DNA of 64,000 nucleotides. It comes from Promethearchaeota archaeon (GTDB lineage Archaea; Asgardarchaeota; Lokiarchaeia; Sigyniarchaeales; SOKP01). Position numbers and translations under genes: made by a program. Positions 19,383-28,715 of this stretch are shown in pieces. Below the pieces are notes generated by a model, which was not told the DNA's origin, did not search any database, and saw only the letters and a list, made by a program, of their open reading frames with translations. Location of the stretch: positions 1,082 to 65,081 of the forward strand of contig JBHLLU010000020.1 of the NCBI GenBank assembly GCA_048938895.1, given 5' to 3'. Position 1 is the first letter of the stretch. Every line of letters starts with the position of its first letter.

Positions 19383-20066
19383 TCATTCTGGTTTGCTATA
19401 ACGGTCTGGATATTCTTCAGCCCAAGTTTCCATTACTTCCTGGTGAGGAGCATCATTATAGACCCCTCGATCTTTTAAGTAGTCTACAAACGGTTCACCA
19501 TCTTTATTTGTACTTGCAAAAAGTCCATCTTTTTTTCCATCAAAATCCACCCATGGAAAGTTCTTTCTTATGCAGAGTTCTTTATCAAACGCACAGTTTG
19601 CTTCTACCCATTTACCATTTAGAAAAAGTTCCACAAACCCATGGAATATGAAAACATTGCTTCCCATTCTTGTTTTGAGATTTTCGCTAATCATATGGTT
19701 TACTATATCAACAAAATGAAGCCTTGAAGGGATTTCTACAGCTCTGGCTAAAGAAGCCAATAAAATTGCTTTTGGTATGCAAAATCCATAACCTTTCTTA
19801 AGAGTTAAACTTGATTTCCATTCTTCCTTATCGTATGATTTACGAGAATCTTTTACAGTATATTTAATACCATCGCGAACAAAATAAAATAGCTTAATTG
19901 CTTTTCCTATATCATCTTCAATTCCGTCAGTCAATTCTTTAGCTTTTTGCCGGATAGAAGGATGTTCCCAATCCATAAAAAAAGTAGGTTTCAGTGTTTC
20001 TTTAAAATCTTCGTTTAGATCTGTCATTAACTTCATAAAACTATATATCAATTTAATATTTTCCAA
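19383..20066 (-). CDS. Transglutaminase-like (Cys protease fold) protein
   Basis: LFYFVRDGIKY, GFCIPKAILLASLARA, FHGFVELFLNGKWV. Confidence 0.85.
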   Translation of the reverse strand: MENIKLIYSFMKLMTDLNEDFKETLKPTFFMDWEHPSIRQKAKELTDGIEDDIGKAIKLFYFVRDGIKYTVKDSRKSYDKEEWKSSLTLKKGYGFCIPKAILLASLARAVEIPSRLHFVDIVNHMISENLKTRMGSNVFIFHGFVELFLNGKWVEANCAFDKELCIRKNFPWVDFDGKKDGLFASTNKDGEPFVDYLKDRGVYNDAPHQEVMETWAEEYPDRYSKPE

Positions 20067-20154
20067 CTTTAAATCATAATTAACCTAGTTAGCAAGTAAC
20101 TTTTATTAGGCTATTCGGTCTATATTCTAATTATTATATTTTTTTGAAAAAAAG

Positions 20155-21699
20155 GTGTTAATAATTAGCAAGGTCAAAAATGCGTATAAGGAAATAGAAG
20201 ATATTATTGGTTCTGACTTTATCTCCGATGCTGATTTCACGAAAGCTGCATATTCAAGGAATGTTGACCCCGCGTTTCCTGATCGATGGGCTGATATGAT
20301 CGTACGTCCCGAAACCACTGAAGAAGTATCTGAGATTGTCAAGATTGCGAATAAATACAAGATACATATGGTCCCAAGAGGTGGTGGTGCAGATCTGGTT
20401 GGCGGATCTGTTTCAGAAGGGGGTATCTTAATAGATCTAACTCGTATGAATCAAATCCATGAAATCAATATAGATGATTATTATTGTGTTGTAGGATGCG
20501 GAATTACATGGGGTTCCATGCTTTCAGAATTACAGAAAAAAGGAGTGACCACAGGAATTTTAGGTCCTGGGAGTGGGTATTCTGCAACCATTGGAGGTGG
20601 TCTTTCAAATGCAACAGTAGGTTTTAGTTCAACCAAATATGGATTAGTTCCCGATATTTGTCTTGGAGTTGAGGTGGTACTTCCAAATCCGGAAGGTACG
20701 ATTATCCAGACAGGCTCTGCTGCGAATAAGTATGCAACCCCTTTTTGCAGATACGGGGTAGCACCAGACTTCACAGGGCTTTTTATGGGGGATGTAGGTA
20801 CTATGGGAATTAAATGTAAAGCCTATCTCAGATTATTTCCTGATCCACCATATAAAGCAAGAAGATATTATATGCTTTTAAAGGATGATTATAATAAGGT
20901 GTTCGAGTTAGGTCATAAACTTCGTAAAGAAGTTGGAGATGGTCTTAATGATTTGATGGTATTTCCTTTTATTTTAACTCAATTATTATATGGTCAGACT
21001 GTCAATAAACCGAGTAAAAGACCAAAATTGACTGGACCTGTTGTTTCAGTAACTCTTGATGCTTCTGACGAGAGAATTTTGGATATATATCTTGAAAAGG
21101 TTGAGGAAATTATGCTTAAGGATGAAGTTTCTCGATCATTTGAGTGGACAGAAATAGATCTAGATATGGTATTATCAAAAGATTGGAAGTTTACTTTAAA
21201 GGAAGAGTTCAATTTCTTTCAGAAGTATATTTCTATGGCACCTCCAAAGAGTTCGTGTACAACCTGCCATAAAGTAGCAATCTCACGGCTTAATGAAAGT
21301 GTTCAAAAAGGTGTACAATTCAATATAACCAACCAGAAGGAGTTTCCACCAGGTAATCCTCCATATCCTGTATTTGCTTCCTTCTTAATGTTTTTGCCTA
21401 ATGGAAATTGTGTGATTGTCGGAGGACTTGGTGGTGATAACACAGATGAACATCGCGAAACGACAATGAATATATGGCACAAGAAAATCAGACATCAAGT
21501 TCGTTATGGGGGTGCTCATTATTGGCTTGGTGAATCTATAAGTCAATCTATAGTTGAAGCTGGGGCTTATACTCCTGAATTTATGCAATTCTTTAAAGAT
21601 ATGAAAAAAACAGTTGACCCCAATTATCTCTTGAGCCCAAATAAATTCCATCTATATTCTTACGACCACGATTATACGGAACATCTCGTAGAAGATTAA
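20155..21699 (+). CDS. VAO-family FAD-binding oxidoreductase, copy 4
   Basis: Same motifs; divergently oriented relative to copy 3. Confidence 0.9.
   Translation: MLIISKVKNAYKEIEDIIGSDFISDADFTKAAYSRNVDPAFPDRWADMIVRPETTEEVSEIVKIANKYKIHMVPRGGGADLVGGSVSEGGILIDLTRMNQIHEINIDDYYCVVGCGITWGSMLSELQKKGVTTGILGPGSGYSATIGGGLSNATVGFSSTKYGLVPDICLGVEVVLPNPEGTIIQTGSAANKYATPFCRYGVAPDFTGLFMGDVGTMGIKCKAYLRLFPDPPYKARRYYMLLKDDYNKVFELGHKLRKEVGDGLNDLMVFPFILTQLLYGQTVNKPSKRPKLTGPVVSVTLDASDERILDIYLEKVEEIMLKDEVSRSFEWTEIDLDMVLSKDWKFTLKEEFNFFQKYISMAPPKSSCTTCHKVAISRLNESVQKGVQFNITNQKEFPPGNPPYPVFASFLMFLPNGNCVIVGGLGGDNTDEHRETTMNIWHKKIRHQVRYGGAHYWLGESISQSIVEAGAYTPEFMQFFKDMKKTVDPNYLLSPNKFHLYSYDHDYTEHLVED
20275..20408. repeat. 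Right arm of a 134-bp inverted repeat (partner 18974-19107)
   Basis: See left arm. Confidence 0.85.
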
Positions 21700-21730
21700 A
21701 ACTAACCAATAGATTTACTTTTTTATATTT

Positions 21731-22777
21731 TTAATTTAAAAGAGAATTAAAATTGAGTTTTCTAAAGTTTGAGAATCCCCGCTTTGCAGTCTTTTTTTGC
21801 AATTCTATGAGCATTTTATTCATCATTTTAAAGAATGGGAATTTTTGAAGATCAGAGTCACCTTTCATTTTGATAACATATGCTGGTTCATTAATTTTGG
21901 GTGTTTTAAACCTCATATATCCTCCGGGAGTATATAATTTATCAGTTAGTATCTCTAATTCTACAGAAATATCAAATTTTGATAAGACATCAAAATATGA
22001 ATTCCATTCTTCCTCATTACTGGGAAGGGTTAGTGGTTTTCTGTTATCATATAATGTAGCACTGTCTATTCTCAATTCACTTCCATCAATTTCACCGAAT
22101 AATACCACAATCCAGAGAAACCTCCATAAAAATTCTTCTCTAGTTTTGTACATTTCAAGACCTGCAACTGTATCAATACCCTTTATATTCAAATTTGAAT
22201 TAGCAATTTCAAGTAGCTTTTCATAGACAAATTTGAAGCTTTCATTCTTAAATTCTCCTGCTAATTTAGTAATTTCAGGTTTATGAACTACGGGTTTTGG
22301 GTTTTTAATCTGAGTATTTTTTAATTTACTCCGAATCTCATTGAGATTTTCCATTGCGTCAAACATTTTAATATAATTTTCGTATTCATTATCGTCAATT
22401 TCTTTTCCTAATTTTTCTGATACTTTTTCCCTTGTTATATTATTTCGTGCCACTGTATTTGCACAGGGAAATCGTCCGCAATATGCACAATTTTGAATCT
22501 CATTATATTCTCCACATTTTCTTGTACGACATTTTTTTAAGAAATTAAAAAAAGGATGACTTGGTAGTTCATTATTTGGAGTAAGACAACCAACACAACC
22601 CTCCCATTCATATTTAACCGGTTTAAATCCAATATAACTTTTAATCTGTATAGAATATTTTTCCCAATTTTCTTTACCAATTTTTTTTCGCATGTGGGTT
22701 GACCAAGGGCATTCAGAACAGATGTTTCCACATCTTGAAATTATTTGTTTCATTAGTTTTTCACTATTTTTATTCAA
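21731..22777 (-). CDS. DUF3795-like Cys-rich (Fe-S/Zn) domain protein with C-terminal extension
   Basis: SRCGNICSECP...CVGC...CRTRKC...NCAYCGRFPC. Confidence 0.75.
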   Translation of the reverse strand: MNKNSEKLMKQIISRCGNICSECPWSTHMRKKIGKENWEKYSIQIKSYIGFKPVKYEWEGCVGCLTPNNELPSHPFFNFLKKCRTRKCGEYNEIQNCAYCGRFPCANTVARNNITREKVSEKLGKEIDDNEYENYIKMFDAMENLNEIRSKLKNTQIKNPKPVVHKPEITKLAGEFKNESFKFVYEKLLEIANSNLNIKGIDTVAGLEMYKTREEFLWRFLWIVVLFGEIDGSELRIDSATLYDNRKPLTLPSNEEEWNSYFDVLSKFDISVELEILTDKLYTPGGYMRFKTPKINEPAYVIKMKGDSDLQKFPFFKMMNKMLIELQKKTAKRGFSNFRKLNFNSLLN

Positions 22778-22862
22778 GAAGTATTAATTTTTAAAGCTAT
22801 ACTCGTCTTTTATTTTGTATTTTTACAATAAAAAAGATGATAATATAAAAAATAATAAACAT

Positions 22863-24113
22863 TTAAATTGCTTCTAATATGTGCACACACATAGCTGCGG
22901 GACCTGAACCAATTGTTCCGCCACCATTTTCAGCTAGAGCGAATTTAGGATTATTAACTTGCCTTTTGCCCGCATCTCCACGTAACTGCAATACAAGTTC
23001 ATAGATTTGTGCTAAACCTGAAGCACCAAGAGGATGTCCACGTGATAATAAACCCCCACTTGGATTTACAGGAATTTTTCCTCCAAGTTCTGTCTCCCCG
23101 CTTTCACTAAATGGACCTCCTTTCCCTAATGGACAAAATCCCATTTGTTCAATCTGTTCTAATTCTCCATAAGCAGTAGCATCATGAACTTCAGCTACAT
23201 TTATATCTTTTGGGGTAAGGTCTGCTATTTTATACGCCGCTGAAGAGGCTCTTTGTGACACATTATCTTTGCCCCAAGAACCGGATCGCAGAATTGATGC
23301 TCTAACTAATATTGCTTTGTCATTTGGGTGTTCTTTTAGGAATTTTTCAGAACAAAGAATTGCAGCAGCAGATCCATCTCCTACTGGAGCACACATCGCT
23401 CTAGTTAGGGGGTAAGCTACCTCATAGTCTTCCATTACCTGTTCTACAGTCATAGGAAACGTATATTGAGCAAGTGGATTTAGTGTAGAATTGTTATGAT
23501 TCTTTGCGGCGATTGCAGCAAGTTGACGTTGGGTTGTTCCATACTCTTTCATGTGTGCTCGTGCCCCTGCTGCATAGAAATCCATAAAGACTGAGTGTCC
23601 TCCTTTTTTTTCTCCCTTCTTTTCTCCACTTTTTTCTGTTTTCTCCGCTCTTTCTTTAGCTGCTTTTTGCATCTGTGCTATCATACTTCTTGTCATTTCG
23701 ACATCTGTATAAGTCATAAAACCTCCCATCATTTTTGATCGATCTTCTTGATATACTTTTTCGGTACCTATGGCTAAAGCACAGTCAACTACTCCCGCTT
23801 TAATCGCTGTCCATGCACCATTGAATGCTGTACTCCCACTGGCACATGCATTTTCCACATTAGTAATCGGTACTTTATCAACACCGTTGGGTGTGAGCGC
23901 TACTTGTCCTCGGATGCTATGCTGAAAATCGGTCATTCCCCAACCTGTATTTGAAAACCATGCTGCTTCGATATTTTTTAAATCGAAATTATTGTCTTCT
24001 TGAAGAGATTTAAGAGCCTCCCTAGTCAAGTTTTTGATACTTTTATCAAGGAATTTACCAAACTTCGTCATACCAACACTATATACATAAACTTTATCGC
24101 TTATATTCATCAC
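22863..24113 (-). CDS. SCP-x-type thiolase
   Basis: GMTKFGK, VENACASGSTA, AEVHDA, NPSGGLLSRGHPLGASG. Confidence 0.92.
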   Translation of the reverse strand: MMNISDKVYVYSVGMTKFGKFLDKSIKNLTREALKSLQEDNNFDLKNIEAAWFSNTGWGMTDFQHSIRGQVALTPNGVDKVPITNVENACASGSTAFNGAWTAIKAGVVDCALAIGTEKVYQEDRSKMMGGFMTYTDVEMTRSMIAQMQKAAKERAEKTEKSGEKKGEKKGGHSVFMDFYAAGARAHMKEYGTTQRQLAAIAAKNHNNSTLNPLAQYTFPMTVEQVMEDYEVAYPLTRAMCAPVGDGSAAAILCSEKFLKEHPNDKAILVRASILRSGSWGKDNVSQRASSAAYKIADLTPKDINVAEVHDATAYGELEQIEQMGFCPLGKGGPFSESGETELGGKIPVNPSGGLLSRGHPLGASGLAQIYELVLQLRGDAGKRQVNNPKFALAENGGGTIGSGPAAMCVHILEAI

Positions 24114-24195
24114 CTAACAAATAAATAAAAATTATTTTTACAAAATTAATGATTTTAATTATTAATTTCGGTTATATATAAGGTATAAATAAGGA

Positions 24196-24624
24196 TTATA
24201 ACTTTTGTAAAGCTTCTACAAACGCACGAGTAATCTCTCCATAATTAATTGCATCTTGGAGATTTCCTTCAATAACTAAATCACCAGATAAATATTCTTC
24301 CTGGCCATCACTTTCCATACTCAGTATTTTTCCCACTATTTCCCAAGTTGCTTTCATTGTATAATTAGGTTCTTTTGCTTCACCTTCTCCGTAGTCGAAA
24401 ACACCATCACCAGCACTATACCAGAACGATGTGTCTTTATCAGTTATAATGATTTGCCCAACAATTTTCTCGATTTCCAATGCTTCTTTTAAATCCTCAT
24501 CCTCAACTGATAATTGCTTTGTGAGTTCAAATAATTTTAAAAAATTCATTGGATCTTCTTTCAATTTGCTTTTTGAAGTCAATTTTCTAACTTCTTTAGC
24601 CAATTTCATATCAACTATTTTCAT
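24196..24624 (-). CDS. SCP2 sterol/lipid-binding domain protein (b)
   Basis: YGEGEAKEPNYTMKA...YLSGDLVIEGNLQDA. Confidence 0.85.
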   Translation of the reverse strand: MKIVDMKLAKEVRKLTSKSKLKEDPMNFLKLFELTKQLSVEDEDLKEALEIEKIVGQIIITDKDTSFWYSAGDGVFDYGEGEAKEPNYTMKATWEIVGKILSMESDGQEEYLSGDLVIEGNLQDAINYGEITRAFVEALQKL

Positions 24625-24745
24625 TCAACTCCAATTTTGTTAACTATAAAGAAATAAAGTACCATATTATTGATAATAATTTCTAAATTACGAAATTACT
24701 AGATTGAGGTAAAAAAGAAAAAAAATAATAATATTTCCGAACTGA

Positions 24746-25180
24746 TTATCCTTGCCCAAGTCTTTGTAGGGCTTCGACAGCTATTCGCATGAATTCGGCA
24801 TAACCCATCACATCTTGGAGATTTCCTTCGATAACAAGATCTCCAGACATGTAAGCCGCTGTACCATCAACCTCTCCTGACATCATTCCCCCCATTGTTT
24901 CCCAATTAGCCTTCATTGTGAAAGAGGGATCATCAGTGTCTCCTTCTCCATATTCAAATTCACCATCTCCAGAACTAAGCCAGTATTTAAAATCCTTATC
25001 ATTAACAACCATTTGGCCAATAATTTTATCCATATCTTCTAGTTCTTCTTTTAATTCTTCGTCTTCTGCTGCAACTTGTTTTACTAATTCCAGCAATTTT
25101 AGGATATTTTTTGGATCTTCTTTCATCGTACCCTTTTCAGTCATTTCTCTAACTTCCATAGCTAAATTTAAATCAACCAT
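24746..25180 (-). CDS. SCP2 sterol/lipid-binding domain protein (a); start revised to ATG 25180
   Basis: YGEGDTDDPSFTMKA...AAYMSGDLVIEGNLQD; GAGGT SD precedes ATG 25180. Confidence 0.88.
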   Translation of the reverse strand: MVDLNLAMEVREMTEKGTMKEDPKNILKLLELVKQVAAEDEELKEELEDMDKIIGQMVVNDKDFKYWLSSGDGEFEYGEGDTDDPSFTMKANWETMGGMMSGEVDGTAAYMSGDLVIEGNLQDVMGYAEFMRIAVEALQRLGQG

Positions 25181-25397
25181 TTTTAAAACCTCATTTTGTT
25201 TTGTTATTAAATTCAATATTTATCTTTAGATTTCGTTTTGTGTTAAACAAGTATTATTGATTGTGAACATTATTAAATATTATTCTTTATCATTAACATC
25301 TTAAAGCCTATTCCATTTAATCAAAACCTATTTAAATTTGGGATACTTCTCTTTTTCTTAAAAATTTATTTAAAGACATAAGATGAATAATTAAATC

Positions 25398-26906
25398 ATG
25401 AATGCTATTCAAAACGCATATGAGGAAATTGAAAATGTTGTAGGAACTAAATATGTTACTGATTCTGAACCTATTTGTTATTCTTATTCAATGAATTGTG
25501 ACTTTACATTACAAGGAATTCCGGATATAGTAGTGAAGCCAAATACACCAGAAGAAATCTCTGAAATATTGAAAATTGCTAATAAATATAAAACACCTAT
25601 CATTCCTAGGGGAAATGGTGCTGATTTGACTGGAGGATCTAAACCCATTGGTGATGGAGGGATAGTTTTAGATGTTACTCGAATGAACAAAATATTAGAT
25701 GTTGATGAGGATAATATGATTGTTACTGTAGAAGTTGGAATTTCATGGAGCGAGCTATGTGAACAGCTTAGTAGAGTTGGAATTGGATACTATACTGGAA
25801 CAACGGGTCCCGCTTCTGGATTCTCTGCTACTATTGGCGGAGGGCTTTCTAATAATACAGTCGGTGGTGGAGGTGCCGCTATGTATGGTGCTGTAACAGA
25901 ACAATGTGTTGGATTAGAAGTCGTCTTACCAACAGGGGAGATTATATACACAGGAGCGAAAGCGAATTCTTTTCGTGATAAACCATTTACTAGATTTGGT
26001 TTAGGCGCAGATTATTCTGGTATATTTTTAGGTGATGTTGGAATTCACGGGATTAAAACTAAAGCATCATTCAATATCTTTCCACTTCCTGAATATAGAG
26101 GATATGCCACTTATGTAATTAAAAGAGTCAAAGGGCAGACTCCTACAGAACGAGTGACAGATTTAATGGTCAAATGGCAACATCATAGATTACAGTTGCA
26201 TGATTTCTTTTATTATCCTCCCAGTAATGTGGTTGGATTAACGTCACGAAATATTGTGAAAGGTTTGGCAAATAAATCAGTTAGAGGAGGTGTTTTATAC
26301 TATACTACCGTAGCCGATACTCAAAAACAATTGGATTATAACATAGAAAGAATTGAAAAATATGCTGAAGAAGCTGAATTCGAAAGATTAGGAGATACAA
26401 TAGAAGAAGGAAATGTAGGAAAATGGTTTTATGAAGAAAATGGAAAATGGCAATGGTCAGACAATAGTTGGGGGGGTGGATTTATATTTACAATGAGTGC
26501 CTGTCTCAAAACTCCCACAAATCTATTACCTAAATATAGTATGATGTATGATGAATGGACTAAAAGGAATTTTCCAAAAATGCAAGAAATCGGACCTGGT
26601 GGAGCTGCTAGTTATATTGCATTTGGTGTCTATCCATGTTACATTGATGTTGCAGGTGGTGCTGGCGCTATGAGTACAATAGAACACCGAGAAAAACAAC
26701 AAGAATTATGGAAGGATCTAATTATTACCCAAATTAAAGAACTGGGTGGTGTGCACTACTGGATGGGCGAAATTATTGGAAGAGCGTTAGTTGACTCTGG
26801 AGCCTTATCAGAAGAGTATTATAATTTTATGATTACAATCAAGAAAGCTCTTGATCCTAACAGAATATTAAGCCCAGGTAAATTTTATTTAACAGATAAA
26901 TATTAA
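25398..26906 (+). CDS. VAO-family FAD-binding oxidoreductase, copy 5 (divergent)
   Basis: PRGNGADLTGG, DVTRMN, SATIGG, GGVHYWMGE, DPNRILSPGK. Confidence 0.9.
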   Translation: MNAIQNAYEEIENVVGTKYVTDSEPICYSYSMNCDFTLQGIPDIVVKPNTPEEISEILKIANKYKTPIIPRGNGADLTGGSKPIGDGGIVLDVTRMNKILDVDEDNMIVTVEVGISWSELCEQLSRVGIGYYTGTTGPASGFSATIGGGLSNNTVGGGGAAMYGAVTEQCVGLEVVLPTGEIIYTGAKANSFRDKPFTRFGLGADYSGIFLGDVGIHGIKTKASFNIFPLPEYRGYATYVIKRVKGQTPTERVTDLMVKWQHHRLQLHDFFYYPPSNVVGLTSRNIVKGLANKSVRGGVLYYTTVADTQKQLDYNIERIEKYAEEAEFERLGDTIEEGNVGKWFYEENGKWQWSDNSWGGGFIFTMSACLKTPTNLLPKYSMMYDEWTKRNFPKMQEIGPGGAASYIAFGVYPCYIDVAGGAGAMSTIEHREKQQELWKDLIITQIKELGGVHYWMGEIIGRALVDSGALSEEYYNFMITIKKALDPNRILSPGKFYLTDKY

Positions 26907-26917
26907 AGGCGGGAGTT

Positions 26918-28141
26918 ATGACTGTGATAAAAGAACAATTAGAAAATTTAAGCAAATTAGAAGAAGCTGCTTTAGCATGTGCACAATGTGGACAGTGTAG
27001 AGCAAAAAATTTTCCTGTCAAGGGAATATTTTACAGTTGCCCGGTTTATAAGGCAAATCAGTCGTTTGAAGTATACAATGCCCGGGGTAAAAACATCATC
27101 ATGAAAGGGCTTCTATGGGGGCATTTAAAGCTCAGTCAAGATATCAGTGACGTAATATTCCAATGTACACTCTGTGGTCTTTGTGAACAAGTTTGTTTTA
27201 CATCTCATAATGAAAATTTTGATTTTCCTTTATCTCACCTAATGGATCATGTCAATACATACGAAGCCTTAAGAGCGGATTTAGTAGCAGCAGGATTTCC
27301 AATAGAATCACAAGTTCCCATGAATAAAGCAATGATGGAATTATATAATCCATACGAACGAGATAATAAAGAAAAGCATAATTGGATTGAAGAACTAGAT
27401 TTCAAAATTAAAGACGCTTGGAAAGAAGATGCTGAAACTCTATATTTTGTAGGATGCACATCGGCTTTAACTCCTCAAATAAAACCTGTTGCTGTAGCTA
27501 CTGCTAAAATATTCAATAAACTAGGAGAGGATTTTTCAATATTTGGTGAACATGAAGTATGTTGTGGAAGTGTAGGGATGAGAACCGGAGATCGAAATTC
27601 TTTTGAAAAAGTAGCTGAAGAGAATGCAAAATTATTTAGAGAAAGAGGAATAAAGAGGATTATTACTAGCTGTGCGGGTTGTTATAGAACATTTAAGAGA
27701 GATTATGGTGATAAATTGGGAGGCATTGAAATTCTACATTCGGTCGAATATCTCAAAGATATTATAACTAAAAATAAATCTAAATTGAAGAATTTAGGCA
27801 TTAAAACCACATATCACGATCCATGCCATCTTGGAAGGCACATGGGTATCTATGAAGAACCACGAGATATACTAAGTAAAATTTCAGATTTAACAGAAAT
27901 GAAGACAAACCGTTTTGCTGCTATGTGTTGTGGAGCGGGAGGTGGAGTACGAAAAGGATTTCCAGAATTATCTATGGACATGGCTAAAAACAGAATTAAA
28001 GAAGCTGAAGAAACAGAAGCAGAATATTTGGTTAGTACTTGTCCGTTCTGTTATCGAAATTTATCAGATGCCATAGAAGAACTTGATTCAAATCTTAAAA
28101 TGGTTGATTTAGTTGAGTTAATTTTAGAATCTCTCTCTTAA
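26918..28141 (+). CDS. GlcF/HdrD-like Fe-S oxidoreductase subunit (CCG domains)
   Basis: CAQCGQC, CTLCGLCEQVC, CCGS, TYHDPCH, CCGAGGG; 11 nt downstream of copy 5. Confidence 0.9.
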   Translation: MTVIKEQLENLSKLEEAALACAQCGQCRAKNFPVKGIFYSCPVYKANQSFEVYNARGKNIIMKGLLWGHLKLSQDISDVIFQCTLCGLCEQVCFTSHNENFDFPLSHLMDHVNTYEALRADLVAAGFPIESQVPMNKAMMELYNPYERDNKEKHNWIEELDFKIKDAWKEDAETLYFVGCTSALTPQIKPVAVATAKIFNKLGEDFSIFGEHEVCCGSVGMRTGDRNSFEKVAEENAKLFRERGIKRIITSCAGCYRTFKRDYGDKLGGIEILHSVEYLKDIITKNKSKLKNLGIKTTYHDPCHLGRHMGIYEEPRDILSKISDLTEMKTNRFAAMCCGAGGGVRKGFPELSMDMAKNRIKEAEETEAEYLVSTCPFCYRNLSDAIEELDSNLKMVDLVELILESLS

Positions 28142-28261
28142 TCATAACTTTTCTGATTATTTTCAAAAGAAATTTTAAAAAAAAGATAAAAAAAATAAGA
28201 ATAAAATAAAAATTGTAATCTCCCAGTAGCATTAACTACTAGAAAGTTTCCTTCAATATTC

Positions 28262-28309
28262 TTAGAATATGGAAATCATTAGTAAAACAATGGCTAAAAA
28301 ACCCCACAT
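28262..28309 (-). CDS. Candidate 15-aa hydrophobic micropeptide MWGFLAIVLLMISIF
   Basis: ATG at 28309 preceded by GAGGTG SD-like motif (28321-28326); almost entirely hydrophobic. Confidence 0.3.
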   Translation of the reverse strand: MWGFLAIVLLMISIF

Positions 28310-28352
28310 AATTACATTTTCACCTCTCTTTTTAATTTTTTATTTTTAATTT

Positions 28353-28526
28353 TTAGTTAGATAGTAATCCATCAAGACGTGCAATTTGCCTATCTAATTT
28401 GTTAATGAGATGGCAAGCATCGTAATTCTCGAACACGCAAGACATGACCTTTTTCTGGATTGAATGTGATTTTTGAGAAATTTCTTGGATGGTGTATAAA
28501 AAATCATAATATTTTATATCCGACAT
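28353..28526 (-). CDS. Small hypothetical helical protein (57 aa, probable start MSDIKYY)
   Basis: GAGGA SD-like motif before ATG 28526; amphipathic helical pattern. Confidence 0.45.
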   Translation of the reverse strand: MSDIKYYDFLYTIQEISQKSHSIQKKVMSCVFENYDACHLINKLDRQIARLDGLLSN

Positions 28527-28715
28527 AGCTTTTTCCTCTAATTTTTTTTTTTTCATTTTTTTTTCTATTAATTTTAAATTAGAATCTATTTCATATATAG
28601 TTTAACTCTACAAACTTCTGGGGGAGTTCGAACTCATCACGAAGCAATAGGATTGCTAGAAAAATTTAGCTAAGACATTAAAGGAGCTTATCAAAAAAAT
28701 GTGAAATAATTGAGG

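Noticed and set aside
15592-20360. Recurring antisense ORFs (15592-15846, 17242-17496, 18971-19198, 20127-20360) with similar translations
   Set aside because: They are shadows of the conserved sense-strand paralogs, with no independent coding signal.
14364-21699. Diversity-generating retroelement or shufflon explanation for the paralog array
   Set aside because: No reverse transcriptase or site-specific recombinase in the window; the differences are not adenine-specific and the repeats are whole genes.
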